Below are positions 10,301 through 23,903 of a DNA stretch of 64,000 nucleotides, piece by piece. The first letter of the stretch is position 1, and each line of letters begins with the position of its first letter. Below the pieces are notes generated by a model. That model saw only the letters and a list, made by a program, of their open reading frames with translations, ran no database searches and was not told where the DNA came from. The stretch is from assembly GCA_965113315.1 (NCBI GenBank), contig OZ220368.1. One strand, 5' to 3'. Origin of the DNA: Podarcis vaucheri. Its lineage: Eukaryota. Both the position numbers and the translations under genes were made by a program.

Positions 10301-13300
10301 TGTGTGTGTGTGTTGGTTCTGATTCCAAATCTTTGTTCCTTTATTTTCTCCCCCTCAGAAATGGGTGCACATTGAAGTGGAGTAAATTGCTGAGCCCCTG
10401 TGTTTCCTGTATTTTGAATTGATTTTGTATAAAGTTCTTGGAAGTTTAAACAAATCTTCAAAACTTAATGCTTATGCGTATGTGCATAGAATGTAAACAT
10501 CTAAACTTTGAGTGGGGAGAACATCTATTTCGTTACAATTGATGCAAGTGATTAGTTATATTTTAAAACTACAAACATAATGAAAAGGAAATATGTTTCT
10601 CTAGTAAAGTGCTATCTTATATGATTAATTTGAGTATTTTGGCATGGAAATATATGATCAAAAACCTTCTCTCCCATCCATTTTTGAATTCTTTTAAAGC
10701 AAAGATTAAAAGGGGGGGGGGTACTTCAGTCCCACAGGCACTAAGCATTGGTGTTAGGCAAAAACCTTCTTGCAGAGTAAGATATATACAGTAGGCTGCC
10801 TTTTCACAGCTCCATTGTGTAATATTGTAAGGAAAGCTGGGTAAATAGGCATGGAATTTCTTTCTTCCCGGACTGGTAACTTTCTAGACCATGAAGTTGT
10901 CAAGTTCATCTGATACTCAAATGTCACAGTTTAGGATTATAATAAGAAAAGTTTTTTTGTTTGCATGTAGGACTAAAGGATGTAATAATTGAGAAAATAA
11001 TTTGGAGTGAATAGTTCATTCAATTTACACTGCATATTTTCTTATTATATTAACATTTTGATTGCTCTTTTATTTATTAAGAGTACAATCAATAATAGCA
11101 AAAAATCTGGTGGATCTCTAATTCAGATTCTCTTTATAGAAAGGAGGGTTTCTTTAAGAAGAAAGGGGGGAAATCTATAAAACAAAGAGCAAATAAAATA
11201 ACCACTTCAGGCGCTTTCTCTTTTTCTTTTCTAATAACCAAGCCGGGAACTATGTGCAGTCAGTTGTGAAGTTTTTGCCCAAAGAAGCCTAAGAGCTTTT
11301 CTTTTCTCATGGCAGAGGGGATGCATTTGAATCTGATAATGTTTGTGTGTGTCTCGCTGTGGGGCTGAAATGGGGAATGGAGGGGGTGATGGCTGAAATG
11401 TTTCTGTTGCATGTGGGGGGAGATCGAAGTTGGAGGAAGAAAAGATACTGTTGTATTTTGCTTTTTAAAGTGACATACAGTGCAATTCACCCAGAAATAA
11501 ATCTCGCTAAGTTCAATGGGAGTTACTTCCAAGTAACCATGGTGTGTGCCTGTGTGAGAACTGGGGAGAGTCAGAATTCTGAACCCCCACCTTAAAACTA
11601 GAGGGGGAAGAGATGGATCTAACAGAAAAGATGGGCATATATGTCCTCCCCTTCCCTTAGAATGTAAATTTTATAGCTTGGCACCATTTAGTAAAGAGCT
11701 TTCCACCTCCGTTTCGCACTTCCAATCAGTGATTTTCCCTGTAAGTTGAAGCGGAGAGAGAAGTCATTTGTTCACCAAAGTCCTTCTTTACTGGTAGCAG
11801 GTGTTTGTTTCTAGAAAAGGCATTCACTCTAAAAAAAGGTTAGGGGATAACATCATATAAAGCTACTCATCTGTGCCCTGTGCTTCAGGAAGACAACATA
11901 TTGTTACACAGGTTCTTGGCACTGAGATCCTGCAAGAAATTCGTTATCAGCCGTTATAATCAAACTCTGCTTGTGTATGGTTTGGCCTTCAGGGTAGAAA
12001 AAGGCTCTCTTATTGCTTCCTTATGGAGGAACTTGCTTTTGCCTGCAAAAATATATTGTTTTATCCCAGTTGTCTTAAGAGAGGGCAATAAAAGATCTTT
12101 AACATGATTTAAAGACAACAACTTCAAAACAAGTCCCACTGATGCCCGTTTTGATTTAATTATTTTCAATTTGGCATTGTTGTGCTGTTGCATAGAACAG
12201 GATGCCACCTTTCAAACTTGGCTAATTCACTTGCCTCCAGGGCTGAGTGATTTCCTCTTTACACTGGGAGTAATTGCCACATGGCAGGTTAAAACACACC
12301 TTCAGAATTGTTGTTGATAGGAAAAGAGTGATGACTTAAATTATATGAGGGAAATCTGTACCTGGGAGGTGTGTGATAGGCGATATGATTAACAAAATAA
12401 TAAATTTTCAAATTTTGAATGCAGTTTTACTATTATATAAACTTTGAAATTGGCATCCATGCCACAAACTTAGATTTCATTCACTTCTATTTGTTGATTT
12501 GTTCTGTTAATTTTTCTGGCTTTGGATCAAATAGACACATACATTTCTATATTCATTCATTGTCCTGCTTTGTCTCAGAAGCTCCTTCACTGGTCATAAA
12601 CATTTTTTTCTTGGTAGTCAAGAGGGAGGCTTTTGAAATGTTTGTTTTGTTTTTAAGTTAAAAATACTATTTTCACATTTGACTTTGTTCTTCTACCCAC
12701 ACTGGAGTTTCAGTTCTAGTGTGTGCAGTTTGCACATGGAATTTAAAACAGTTTTTATTTTCTTTGAAAAATCTGCTTGTCTTACGTGAAAAGGGTTTTG
12801 AAGCAATACAGGGGGGAATGCAGTAGATAGAACATTTCCAGAATTCAGTTTCAATTTGTCTTATAACAGTGTATATATGTGTGCGCACGTTTGAACTGGT
12901 GGTTCAGTTGATTATTGAATTTCTATCCGTTAATATATTTTCCACAGAGATCCTGATTTTAGGAAAGGGTTAAAAAGCTGAACTAGGAAGAAGGATATAT
13001 TAAAAAGTACAAGTGCACTTGCACATTTGTATACATAAGGTAATTTAAGCCAAGATCCATAGTGTGGGGATTCATTGGGAAAACCTGGACTCTCGTTTTG
13101 TTTTATAAAAACCCTGCTATGTCTGGTGAACAGAGGTTGTCTGTATAGAGGACGGTTATTGAAAACTTTGCAATGTAAGTATCTCATCAGCTCAGTAGAG
13201 TTTCCCTGACAAGGTGTTAGTTAGCATTGTGAATCTGACTCTTTCAAATTCATTATTGTACATCGTTCTCTACTGACTTGGTCTTTATGGCAATATCAGC

Positions 13301-14017
13301 ATTTGTTATCTGCTAGCCTGCATGTGTCACCCAACCTCCATGTCCTTGTAAAGAGACAGAATCTGATCAATTCACTGCCCGCTTACCTGAAACACTTCCA
13401 TCCGTTTCAGGACTTTCAACAACAAATGGATCAGCAGACGAGGATTTCTGCCACCATTAAGGGTTGTTGCGTATCCTGGCATTCTGGATGGAGTATTACG
13501 TTAACTGCATGCAAACTTCATAAAAGCACACTATAAAAATTCTAAGTATCGATAAAAAAACACAAGCATTGGAAATACTTGGGTGGGAGAGAGAAGCCAC
13601 TGTTGCCCTGTTTTGATATGCTGCTTCTCATTCTGCCCCACTGGCGAAACTTTACCACGTGGTGCCTTTGAACGGGCATTAGCATATAGGCAGCAGCTAA
13701 ACCAGAGTTGGAAACAAACCTATGGAAGTCACTGGCATGCACATGTTTTAATTAGCCGACAGGGGTTGGCAGAAGAGGGACAGAGAACTCTGCTCCTCTC
13801 CCAGCAGCCTGCTGCATGTCTGTACTGGGTGAAGAGGAGGCAGCTTCTGTCCTGCAGCAACTTACTTGCTGGAGTGCCCCATCCATCGTCTGTCAGTCCA
13901 TTAGCTCACTTGCATGCAATTCCTTATTGTTTATGGCTACCGGGCAAGTGTGTTAATACAGGGGTAAACTAAACAGTTCATACTTCGAAGTGGGGAGAGG
14001 CTTTCCCGCAAGGTTTG

Positions 14018-14082
14018 GCAAGCCGCTTTGAGGTTTTATTACAATCAAGCGGTATATAAATCTTGTTAAATAAATAAATAAA
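14018..14082 (+). mobile_element. LINE (L2-type) extreme 3' end
   Basis: aagccgctttgag...caagcggtatataaat stem-loop followed by an (AAAT)n tail. Confidence 0.6.
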
Positions 14083-15155
14083 AGTCATTCTCTGTGAGAA
14101 GCTTGACTTTGCTTCACTAGTTCACGAAATATGAATAAGGAAAATCCCTACAAATTCATAAAGGAAGAGAAGTTTGTATCTTTTTTGAAGAAAGGGAGCA
14201 TTTGCCCATTTGTATATAGCAGCTGTATGCCAATGAACCTGGGTATTTTAACATGAACACTATCCTGGCACTATTTCTCCTCAGTCTATTTAGCTTCCTG
14301 AATTTATGCTAGTATGGTTTAGAAGAGAGCCCTACTTGCCTGTATAAACACAAGAAGGGTGGAATAGCACTATCAGGTAAAGCATAAAGCATCCTGCATG
14401 AAGACAGTGAAATGACCAGTGTGCCTCTGCAGTATTAGGCAACGGAGCATGTGTATAGTGTGTTCCTTGAGGGCAGCATAGGAGCTAACATGCTTCTGGA
14501 TTTATCTGGCACTGTTTGATCCTGTCAAAAGGAAACTGTGTAATGACTCACACATGCGGGAGTGAACAAAGCAGTTTTGGGGAATATATCCCATCCCCAA
14601 AGAGGCAGTTTGTTCAGTTAAAAACCAGTCATTCCTCTTTTAAAAAATCTAGGAGTGGCCAGCGGCTTAAAACTGTTCTCCCATATCCCATGGCCCCATA
14701 CAAACAAATAAAACATGGGAAGCGGCAAAGAAGAGTGTAGATGAATTAGTTGATATTTTCAGGCAGTTTTTCTAGGGTTTTCCTATGGTCTATTTCCTAT
14801 ATACACTTCTAGTTCACACATATTTTAAGCTTTACAAATGACAATCCAGGTATATTCAAATAAAACATAGTGATTGTTTTCTCTTAGGCAAAAGGCCGAT
14901 ATAAGTAGATGGTGTTGACCTGTGTTTCAAGACCTAGACTGTCTAGTTCACTTTTTGGTTGTGCTGTGATCATCCTGTGTTGCTTTGGGTGGGTCATTGC
15001 TTCAGTAACATCTAATTTCAACGACAGTTACCCCTGTTTTGGAATAGAATTACAGTGAAGTAGTTGGGTGTACTTCTTGGTGTTGGGCACCTTAGAAAAG
15101 CCTCTGTAAATAAGGTACTTGACCACATGAACAGGGTGAAAAAAAGCTTGCTTGT

Positions 15156-15157
<2 letters not shown>

Positions 15158-15192
<35 letters not shown>
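15158..15192. repeat. (GT)n microsatellite
   Basis: Pure GT run. Confidence 0.97.
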
Positions 15193-15194
<2 letters not shown>

Positions 15195-17835
15195 GATTGG
15201 AGGCGATGCAGAAAGCCTGTTTTTCTGCCAGCAGCAAAGACTCGAAGTATATAATGGGAGAGGCAGTAGATCCTGTCAAATAGCAGGACTTCATCCATTG
15301 TAGTGAGGTAGGGAACAGCTGGATTTTTAGATGAAGGGCAATACCATGCCAGTATAATGGAGCAAAGTGATATTTGAGCATCGTCAAACACTTCGTACCT
15401 TAATTTTCCTGGTGTACCCTATAGAATAATTCTTTGCCTTCTTGTTATTCAACATTCATTAATATTTACAAATGATTTATGTTTGTAACCTAGTAGGGAG
15501 TTTTTAAACTTGAACCCAGTGTGTTTTGTATAGAAAGCACTCCATAGCATGACCTGAATTTGACCCAGCTCTGCCCATTTTTCTGCCCTGAAGATATTCT
15601 TGGGACTCTCAGAAATGGCTTCCCAGATGGACGAAGGTCTGGGTCACAGAGCTCTTCCGATTTACGTGTGAAAGGATGCTGCCGCCTTTTGGTTTAGGTC
15701 CTGATTTGCCAGATGTGGGATTAAAGGTGGAAATGCTGAATATCAGATAATTGACATAACTGGACTGTTTGTGGCAAGTTGTTTTTCTGCAATCTGATTA
15801 GTTACAGCCAGCCCTTAACGTCACAATAAACAGCCAGTTGGAATTGATGACTATCTCCTCCTAGCTCAGGCTGAAGCAGCATTATCTTTGCCTAGACAAG
15901 GGAGTGGAAACAGTACTGTTAACATCTCTCTGCCTTCCTATTTTTTGGTGGGTGGGTGCACTCTGTATGGTGTAACTAGGTTCTTACGGCTGACTTAAAT
16001 GCCCAGCAAACATTTTTTGTGTGCCCAGCTAGTTGACTGAGAAGCATTTCAAGAAGGCAAGAAAAAGTTCATAGAGGGGTGCCAAGGATACAATACAAAG
16101 CTACATCTTCATCTTCCAGTGAGCCTAACAGTCTAGAACAAGTTGGTTATTGGAGGTCACTTTTCAGTATTATTGACCTTTTCCAATTCCAGAGAGTATG
16201 CAAATATCAAGTAGTTTATGCAGAGAGTTGGCATCCCTCTCTTCTTTGATTCATCTTGGTTCAACTATTGGACATACACAATGTTTTAGGCAAGCCCCAG
16301 CTTCTATTTTAGAAGATGTTGTGCCTTTGTTTCTTGCAGCTGCCTGGCATTTGTTTTGACAAGGTACCTTCTCCAAGCAGAGACTATGGCTACGGACTCT
16401 GGCAAGTTGCATTTGTTCATTAATGAACGGTGCCCTGGTTTTCTTCTATTTCTCTGCCTTCGTGTATTACTAGGGTGGGTGCATTAATCTGAAGTGGATG
16501 GCAGTTTATAATGCCAAGATACTTTCTTAGCAAGCAAAATTTAGCAGTTTTTCCCCTCGCACTTAAAGAAAAAGTGCAGACTGGTTTTTTTCCAATAAGT
16601 AGAAGGGGGAGGCTGGCATAGCAGAGTGGAGAACTGAAGAAGAAGAGGAGGAGGAGGAGGAAGAGTCGTCTCTTATACCCCCCCCCCTTTCTAGTAGAAA
16701 CCATTTTCTACAAAATATATCAAAAGCAGTCACTTTTTTGAGATTTTATGTGTGTTTTAACTAGACCAAACTATGCAGTTGGGTGATGAAAGAATGTTAA
16801 TATTACTTTTGCAGTAGACTCTTGAGGTGGAATTTGCAGGTGTGAAGGAAAGCAATTGTTCTGATTTAAAGATTTAAGTTGCAGGACTTCAGTCAACTTC
16901 GCCCCTGACCTTTTCTTGTCCTATTTTTGCCTCTGATGTAAACATAACATTCATGTTCATGGAAGGAGGCATCGTTTTAATTTTGAGTGCCAAAAATCTT
17001 TGTACTGAGGTCGCTTTCTCTCCTACGCCCTATTCATTCAGTCAGATAAAGTGGCATTTCAATAATACAACATAACAATCATGCTGAGCATTTTCTTTTT
17101 GTTCATCTAACTTAAAATTTACCTTTATGCCTGGCCAATATTTGGTTTCAAGTATCCCATACTTCAGGTCGTGTAATTCTGAGAGTTACGTGTGGCATAG
17201 CGAAAGGACAGAAACGATCATTTCTCTCCCTAGGCAATTAGAAATTAAAACTTAATACTCTTTTTTTTTTTGAGATTTTATATTTTCATTTTTTCATAAC
17301 AAAGTTGTTGCACTATCTATATTTGGATGAAATGTTCTACATTTGTGATCAGGTTGTGTATTATTAATTTCTGTAACGCTTTTAAAATTTCTGTATTCTT
17401 GATCTTTTTAACATACTCTTTGACAGTTTGCTGTTATCCCCATTTTAGAGATGGGGAATTTATAATGGAGTACAATTGGTTAACTTTGTCCAGCATTTTT
17501 TTCTGTTGAAACAAAAGCTACACAGAATTCTTGCTATTTGCAGCCTTTTGTTAAAAAAAATAAATAGAAACTATTTTTTGGCTCCATCACCACATTCAGA
17601 GAAATGATCTACAAATGAGAGTCCTGCTTGTTTCAATTTGTACGCTTTCAGACTGCACCTAATGTTTTTATTTTCCCATAGTATTTCAGTGTGAAGTCTT
17701 AAAAGTAACCATAGTGCAGAAATTAGTATCTCGCCTCCCACAGGATACTCAAATAGGATTTACCGGGCTATACTGTAAGGTTGAGCTTTTATTTTTTTTA
17801 TTGGCAAAATCTCGACAAAAAAAGACACTGCCGAC

Positions 17836-17951
17836 ACAGGTTGCCATATGTAAAGATTTTCCCAGACATTTCAGCAATTTCTGCCGAGAGGCTGTTTTTG
17901 ACAGCTGATTGCCGGCTATGTCTGGGAAATTCCGGATGTATGGCAACCGTA
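17836..17951. mobile_element. Short hAT-type MITE (ggttgccata termini)
   Basis: Imperfect ~33-bp TIRs ggttgccatatgtaaagattttcccagacat / atgtctgggaaattccggatgtatggcaacc; no clear TSD. Confidence 0.7.
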
Positions 17952-18005
17952 CTATACAAATATTTTCAGAGGAGTAAGAGAGGAGGCTGGTGTATGTGCA
18001 AAGTA

Positions 18006-18248
18006 CAGTGGTACCTCGGGTTAACAACTTAATTCATCCTGGAGGCCTGTTCTTAACCTGAAACTGTTCTTAACCTGAAGCACCACTTTAGCTAATGGGG
18101 CCTCCTGCTGCCGCTGTGCCGCTGCTGCACAGTTTCTGTTCTCATCCTGAAGCAAAGTTCTTAACCCGAGGTACTATTTCTGGGTTAGTGGAGTCTGTAA
18201 ACCTGAAGCGTATGAAACTTGAAGCGTATGTAACCCGAGGTACCACTG
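18006..18248. mobile_element. Tc1/mariner (Tigger/pogo-like) MITE
   Basis: TIRs cagtggtacctcgggtta / taacccgaggtaccactg with a TA duplication on both sides. Confidence 0.92.
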
Positions 18249-18714
18249 TATGTATCTGGTGTGTTCTGTAGTAGAAATGCCCTATATTGTGTCTTCTACC
18301 ATGTAGCTTGCTCAGGGTAGAACAACTTACTTGATCACTGAAAAGGGCAACTACCAGTAAAAGAAATAACACCATTCTTGTGGAGTCCATGTATTGGTGG
18401 TAATGCAGCCTAGTGTTGGTTTGGAATCCAGAGCAGAACTGGGCCAAGCATGAGGGAAGTTCTAGATCAACTCTCCCGCTGCTTTAGTCTCCCTACAATA
18501 ATGCAATCTCTTGTCTGTTGTGAAAGGACTTTCTCAAGGGAAGGCAGAAGGGGTTGGTTGCTGTTAGACGATCGATTCTAAGAGAACAATAGGGCCAGAA
18601 TGAAATATAACTAATGAAAAGCATTTTTGAACATGCATGTGTTACACTAGGATGCGAACTTCAGATAAAAACTCCCTGTTATGCACTGAGTTATGCAAAT
18701 GTCCAGAGTTAAAG

Positions 18715-18716
<2 letters not shown>

Positions 18717-18768
<52 letters not shown>

Positions 18769-18771
18769 TGT
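18717..18771. repeat. (CT)n(GT)n compound microsatellite
   Basis: Seen directly. Confidence 0.97.
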
Positions 18772-19562
18772 TCTTGACTTTCTAAAGCCATCTGGAATAA
18801 AGGGAGACATACTCAATGTTTTGATAACTGATGTATTTCCTTGTACTATGAAACCAGTACGAGCGCATCTGACCTTTTTGCAGAGGGCAAAATGAAAAAC
18901 CCCGTCATGACTATTCTTACTATTTGACTATCATTTTTCTTAATAATGTAATATTTATTGAAATAAAAGAGGTTTCCATGCTCTGGTGTCAGCAGAAAAT
19001 GCTTATAGAGTTTCTACAGTGTTTTCACAGTCTAGAGTAAAAGTCCAATGTGAATTTTTAAGTTTTGCTGCCTCAAACCTTGATATAGTAGCCTTGCCCT
19101 GACTTGGAATAACCAGGCGCTTCTTCCCTCCCCTAGCCCATGCCGCCCCATGGAGAAAGTTCTGTTCCAAAATTTGACACATTATTGCATAAAATCAAAT
19201 GTCTGCTTTTGCTTGCTGATGCGCTGTAGGGCTGTTTTTTTCCTTTAAAGGTACTGTACATATTCATGTGCTTTGAAAATATATTGTTTGAAGTACAGTG
19301 CACTAAAATAAACTAAAGAAAGGAATTGTTTGAATAATGTCTGTCGGATTCTGTAGTTCTTGGTTACGGCATGTAAATGGTTTGAGGTATAGGCTTTGCC
19401 CCAGAAACTGGTGATGGGTTCCTTGTGGTGCTAGTTCTTTCTTGGAGTGGCATGTTAACACATTATTTATGACATATTATAAAGTAAGTATAGCACTGTC
19501 TAGGTCTGTTAAAGGTGGCATGGCAGCATGATGTGTCTGTGCTTGTGACATTTTACCTAGCC

Positions 19563-19588
19563 TGTGTGTGTGTGTGTGTGTGTGTGTG
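19563..19588. repeat. (GT)n microsatellite
   Basis: Seen directly. Confidence 0.97.
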
Positions 19589-20559
19589 GAAGGGAATCTC
19601 ATAGTTCCTGAGAAATAGCAATATTTTTAGACCCTATTTTCACAATCACCGGAATTATGTGGGAAATCCTTTCCTGGGCTGTACCACTTCAGATTGCAGG
19701 TGGTGAATTTTCTCCATGGCATCAGGAGAAACACCCTTTAGAGAAGATTAAAACTCTTTATCCTGGTGTACCAAGCCCTCCCCCTGTGGGAAGCATTCAG
19801 ATGCCACCCCATTGCACCTTGAAATGGTACACCCTAAGAAAACCTATGTAACTTCATTTATTATGTACAATGGGCCTAAACGTTTGTACTGTACTCTCCC
19901 CTGACCCAAGTTCAAGGTTGAGTGTGACAGTTTCTAATGAGGTTCAGTTTGCATTATACTACATATGGACCTGACAAAGTGGTAACCCAGGAGTAAGAAT
20001 CGGTGAAATGAGAGAGAAGCTTTTTAAAAACCCATCTCTTCCTTGAAAGGGTTTTGTCATCCTAGTAATTTTAGTTAATCTGAAGTAGGAAAATCCTTCT
20101 CCTTCCAGTGTTCTTAAATCTTTATATGCCTCCACTCAGTGATGTATCCAATTTGAGGCTATTTAGTGCTGGAGCACTTGTTCTGTCATCTAGGGATGAA
20201 TGAATTTTAAGAGTTTTAAGAGTTTCCTTGGATTTTAAGGTCTGGGATGAGACTAGAATGGCACTCAGGGTGATTTCTGATCCTTGGTCTCCAGGTTGCC
20301 TTTGTTGAACCTCTTCCTCCTTGGACACTCTGTAGACCATCTTAGAGTAAAATACTATGAAGATTGTATAGAAATACCCCAAATAAAATAAAAAAATCCT
20401 TTCAGCAATCTTTCATTCACATAGTTCACTTTTTGGTCTATCAATCATTTTGTTCTTGTGTGTATGGAATTCGTAGCACAGTATTGGAAGTACTATGATT
20501 AGTTGCTTCCTTCTTGATGAAATCAAAGACAGTCATGTTGACCCACTTTAGGCTGATCT

Positions 20560-20880
20560 CTAGCTAATAAGCCATGGTACATTGGACTGAGAATGAACAT
20601 TACGCTTGTATATGCCCTTCCTCCCTTTCCCTTCTCTTATGCACTCTGATGGAAAAACTACCAGGGTTTGTTTAAATCAGTTTCCTATTACATTAGAACC
20701 AGGAAACCTGAAACCAGGTTTAATCTCTGATTACAAACTAGGATATGATTTCCCTAGTTTTCCACTGAAAACTGAGATTTAATAAAGTCTTGCATTATAG
20801 TACACAAGAATAGGGAACAGGGAGGCGTGCAGTTATAGCACTTTTCTCTTGGTGCAAAAATCATGTCTGAAATAAGCCAC
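20560..20880. repeat. Old dispersed repeat with internal dyad symmetry (unclassified; related copies ~37940-38168, ~58930-59265, ~62120-62500)
   Basis: Recurring motifs aaccatggctt/aagccatgg, aaccaggaaa/ttcctggtt and ggtttg across the four regions; heavily diverged, boundaries approximate. Confidence 0.4.
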
Positions 20881-22919
20881 TGTCCCCCTTCCCCCACCTG
20901 TTAGAACTGAAAGTTCTATTTTTGGCCCAGTAATAGCATTAAGGCACTATTGTATTTCCTCTATTCTTAATTTTGGTGAACCACCCTGATAAACTTTTAT
21001 ACGGAGGTGTAAAAATCTCAAACATTGCAAGGAGTGTATTATCTAGCACTACTCTAGAACTAGGCATTCACATTTAGCCAGCTATGGGAATGGGTTGCTG
21101 ACATCTTGCGTGGCCCACTTTTAAGATATATCCATTAAAACTAAAAAAACTGTAACCCCATATTTCAAGCTGCAGAAATTGCAGCTTTTGATAATTTCTA
21201 TGTTCCCGAAGATTGGCATGTTGGATATTGCTCAGGCATGTTCAGGCCCTACTGTTTTGTCCCCATGTGAAACAGAACACATCAAGGTGTGCAAATGAAG
21301 GTGACTGTCTAAAGAGCTTCAGACTGCCTGCACTTTGTGACGAAAGTTGCAGCAGTAACAAAGCCAAAATCACTCTGTTAATCATCTGGAAATAGCATTC
21401 CACCCTGACATAGCTGAGGGGGAAGGTGGGGGATGGTGGAGGAGAGGTTCCAACATGACCCATAAACACAAGAGGACTACCATAATCTGATTTGTTAGTC
21501 TGGGATGAGCTGGATTGTGAATCTCTTTCCAGTTCTCAGTAGGAGCGATAACGCTGCCATTAAAGCCCTGAATGCAACTAGTATTTATTTTGCTGTCGTA
21601 TGGAGTTCTTGCTATGGGTTAGTGATTGAATAGGTAGAGAGATTCACTTTCTGTTGTAGAGGAAAAGTTAAGACATGTCGGAGAAACAGCTCTGTTTCTT
21701 CCGATTCCATGGTTGTCCTGTGATCATGCAAGCTACAATTTCTTCAGAGCTATAAATCTAGTATTGTGTATTTTGTGAAATCAAGAGTGCAGGAGCTGGA
21801 GGACCTTGGGCTACACATATTACCCCGCATAAGATGACCAAGAATTTTTAGGTCAAAAAGAACCTGCATATTTATCTTCTTTGCTCCATTTGTTTTCTTT
21901 TAGTCTCTTTCCCCTGATAGTCCATGTGGCAGTAAAGCAATATGGGAAAGTTTTAAATTGAAATTATTGCAGCTATTTCTGGCGTCACACCGAAGTTGGC
22001 CAAGTCAACTGACTTTGCAGAGCGACCATTTTTTTTGGGGGGGGGGTACAGTTAGATTTGCTCATATCTAACATGTGCATACATGCAATTCTCTTTGTGA
22101 TGTGAGCTATTCAGTTACTTGTTTAATAGCCTATTCTAAAACTAGTAAACTAGTTCTTAACTGTTTCTTGTTGAAGGAAGTGGCTAATTTGGAGCCTTGT
22201 AAACTGTAAGGAAAAATTAACTGAAGCAGGCAGAGTTCCCAGATGTACAGCTTTGCACTGAGGGCGGCACCAGTTAAATGGTATAATTTTGCACTATAGG
22301 CATGTATGCACTGGATGCATTTTTGCCTGGAGGATTTAGGAATTTGTCTCCTGGCTGCTGGTACTACTTACTGATTCTGATTTATTAGTTCTTTATTGTT
22401 AAAAAAAAATTGATAAGCTGTAGGATATAGGAACAGTTTTAACAGAGCAAACATTTTCATAGAGCAGTTTGGGACTGGGCCAAGGCCCATTTCCACTATG
22501 TTCTTGAGGATAGTAGTTGCTTCCCCCCCCCCATTGACAGCAAACTGCTGCTTCTGTTGAGTAAAGGGCTTAATTAGAGTAAGACACTGGATAGGCTTTC
22601 CGTATCTGAGTACTTGTTATGCTGCATCTTCTTGTTCTTTCTTTGGCAGTACGTACAAAATGATGGTAGTATTTCAGCAGCTACCTTGGTGGTATGACTG
22701 AGGTATGCTTCACTCTCATAAAACAGGGCAGAACTTGAATCAGGGAACTTGATTCACACAACTCCTAACAAGTTGCCGGTAGTACCTTTTACTTCTTGGA
22801 TTCTGTAGTGCATGCCTGCATGATTAAAATAAAATAAAATTAAAGTCTTATTTAAGACAGATTCTTGCCTTCCGAAGAAATTGTGATTGCAGTGGGAGGG
22901 GGTTCAAATTTTACTGTAT

Positions 22920-23310
22920 TTTTACTTATTTAGGTTATTTCTTTCTGGATGATGCCCATCCACAGCAGCTTGAAGTAGGGAATGTTTACAAAATATCAAC
23001 TGTTAAAGTTTGCAAAATATCTACAGTGTTCAAAAACAAAACAAATAAATATGCTCAGCTGACCAATTAAGCACTTTTACAGCACTAGAAAAATAGAATT
23101 GTATAGTTGGAAGGGCCCCAGGGGTCATTCTAGTCCAACCCTGCTGCAATGCAGGAATCTCAACTAGGAACTCTCAGTTCAAGACTGGACTAGTCAAAAA
23201 AGAGATGTCTTTAAAGCCTTTTGAAAAACTTGAAGCCTGGAAGCCTGTCTCAGATGCACTGGCATAAAGTTCCAAACCCATGCGGCTATCATGGAGAAGG
23301 CTTTCTCCCT
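22920..23310 (-). mobile_element. L2 LINE 3' fragment, interrupted by a CR1-tailed insertion
   Basis: Minus strand of ~23200-23310 reads REKAFSMIAAWVWNFMPVHLRQA...LKTSLF, the L2 ORF2 C-terminal motif (RAFSVAAPxLWNxLP...LKTHLF); T-rich tail remnant at ~22920. Confidence 0.6.
23087..23160 (-). mobile_element. CR1 3' end / CR1-tailed SINE fragment
   Basis: tagaattgtatagttggaaggg...tctagtccaaccctgctgcaatgcaggaatc is the reverse complement of the CR1-type tail at 51776 and 55724. Confidence 0.8.
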
Positions 23311-23425
23311 CATTTAAACCAGCAGTTTAAATTTAAACCAGCGGTTTAAATGAACACTTCTATATGAGAGCTTGTTCCTTGGCCTGCTTCTTCTTGCATC
23401 TGATGTTTGGGGTTATTTGACAATA

Positions 23426-23635
23426 CAGTCATACCTCGGGTTACAGACGCTTCAGGTTGCTTTTTTTGGGTTATGGACCCGCTGAAACCCGGAAGTACTG
23501 GAACGGGTTACTTCCGGATTTTGGCGGTTGCGCATGTGCAAAACCGAATCGCAACCCATGCGTGCGCAGACGTGCTGCTGCGGGTTGCGAGCGTGCATCC
23601 CACACGGATCCTATTTGCAACCTGAGCGTCCACTG
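23426..23635. mobile_element. Tc1/mariner (Tigger-like) MITE, second family
   Basis: TA|cagtcatacctcgggtt ... aacctgagcgtccactg|TA; imperfect TIRs, CpG-rich, internal ggttgcg/cgcaacc repeats. Confidence 0.85.
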
Positions 23636-23863
23636 TAGTTTCAGCAGAAGCAACTGGCTTCCCTTCCTCTTATTAAGCTTAGAATATGTGGGCTGAGCCA
23701 TAGTTGCTTGCATCAGCTAAGCATCCCCTCCTTAGCTGATCACTCATCAGAATATTGCCAGTGTACCTGTGGATATTTCTGGTGCTTGCAATTTATAGGT
23801 AGCTGGGCAGACAGACTTCTCATTGTCTCTAGGGGCAAGGACAACTGGAAAGCTGTGTCTCTT

Positions 23864-23864
<1 letters not shown>

Positions 23865-23900
<36 letters not shown>
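23865..23900. repeat. (CA)n microsatellite
   Basis: Seen directly. Confidence 0.97.
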
Positions 23901-23903
<3 letters not shown>

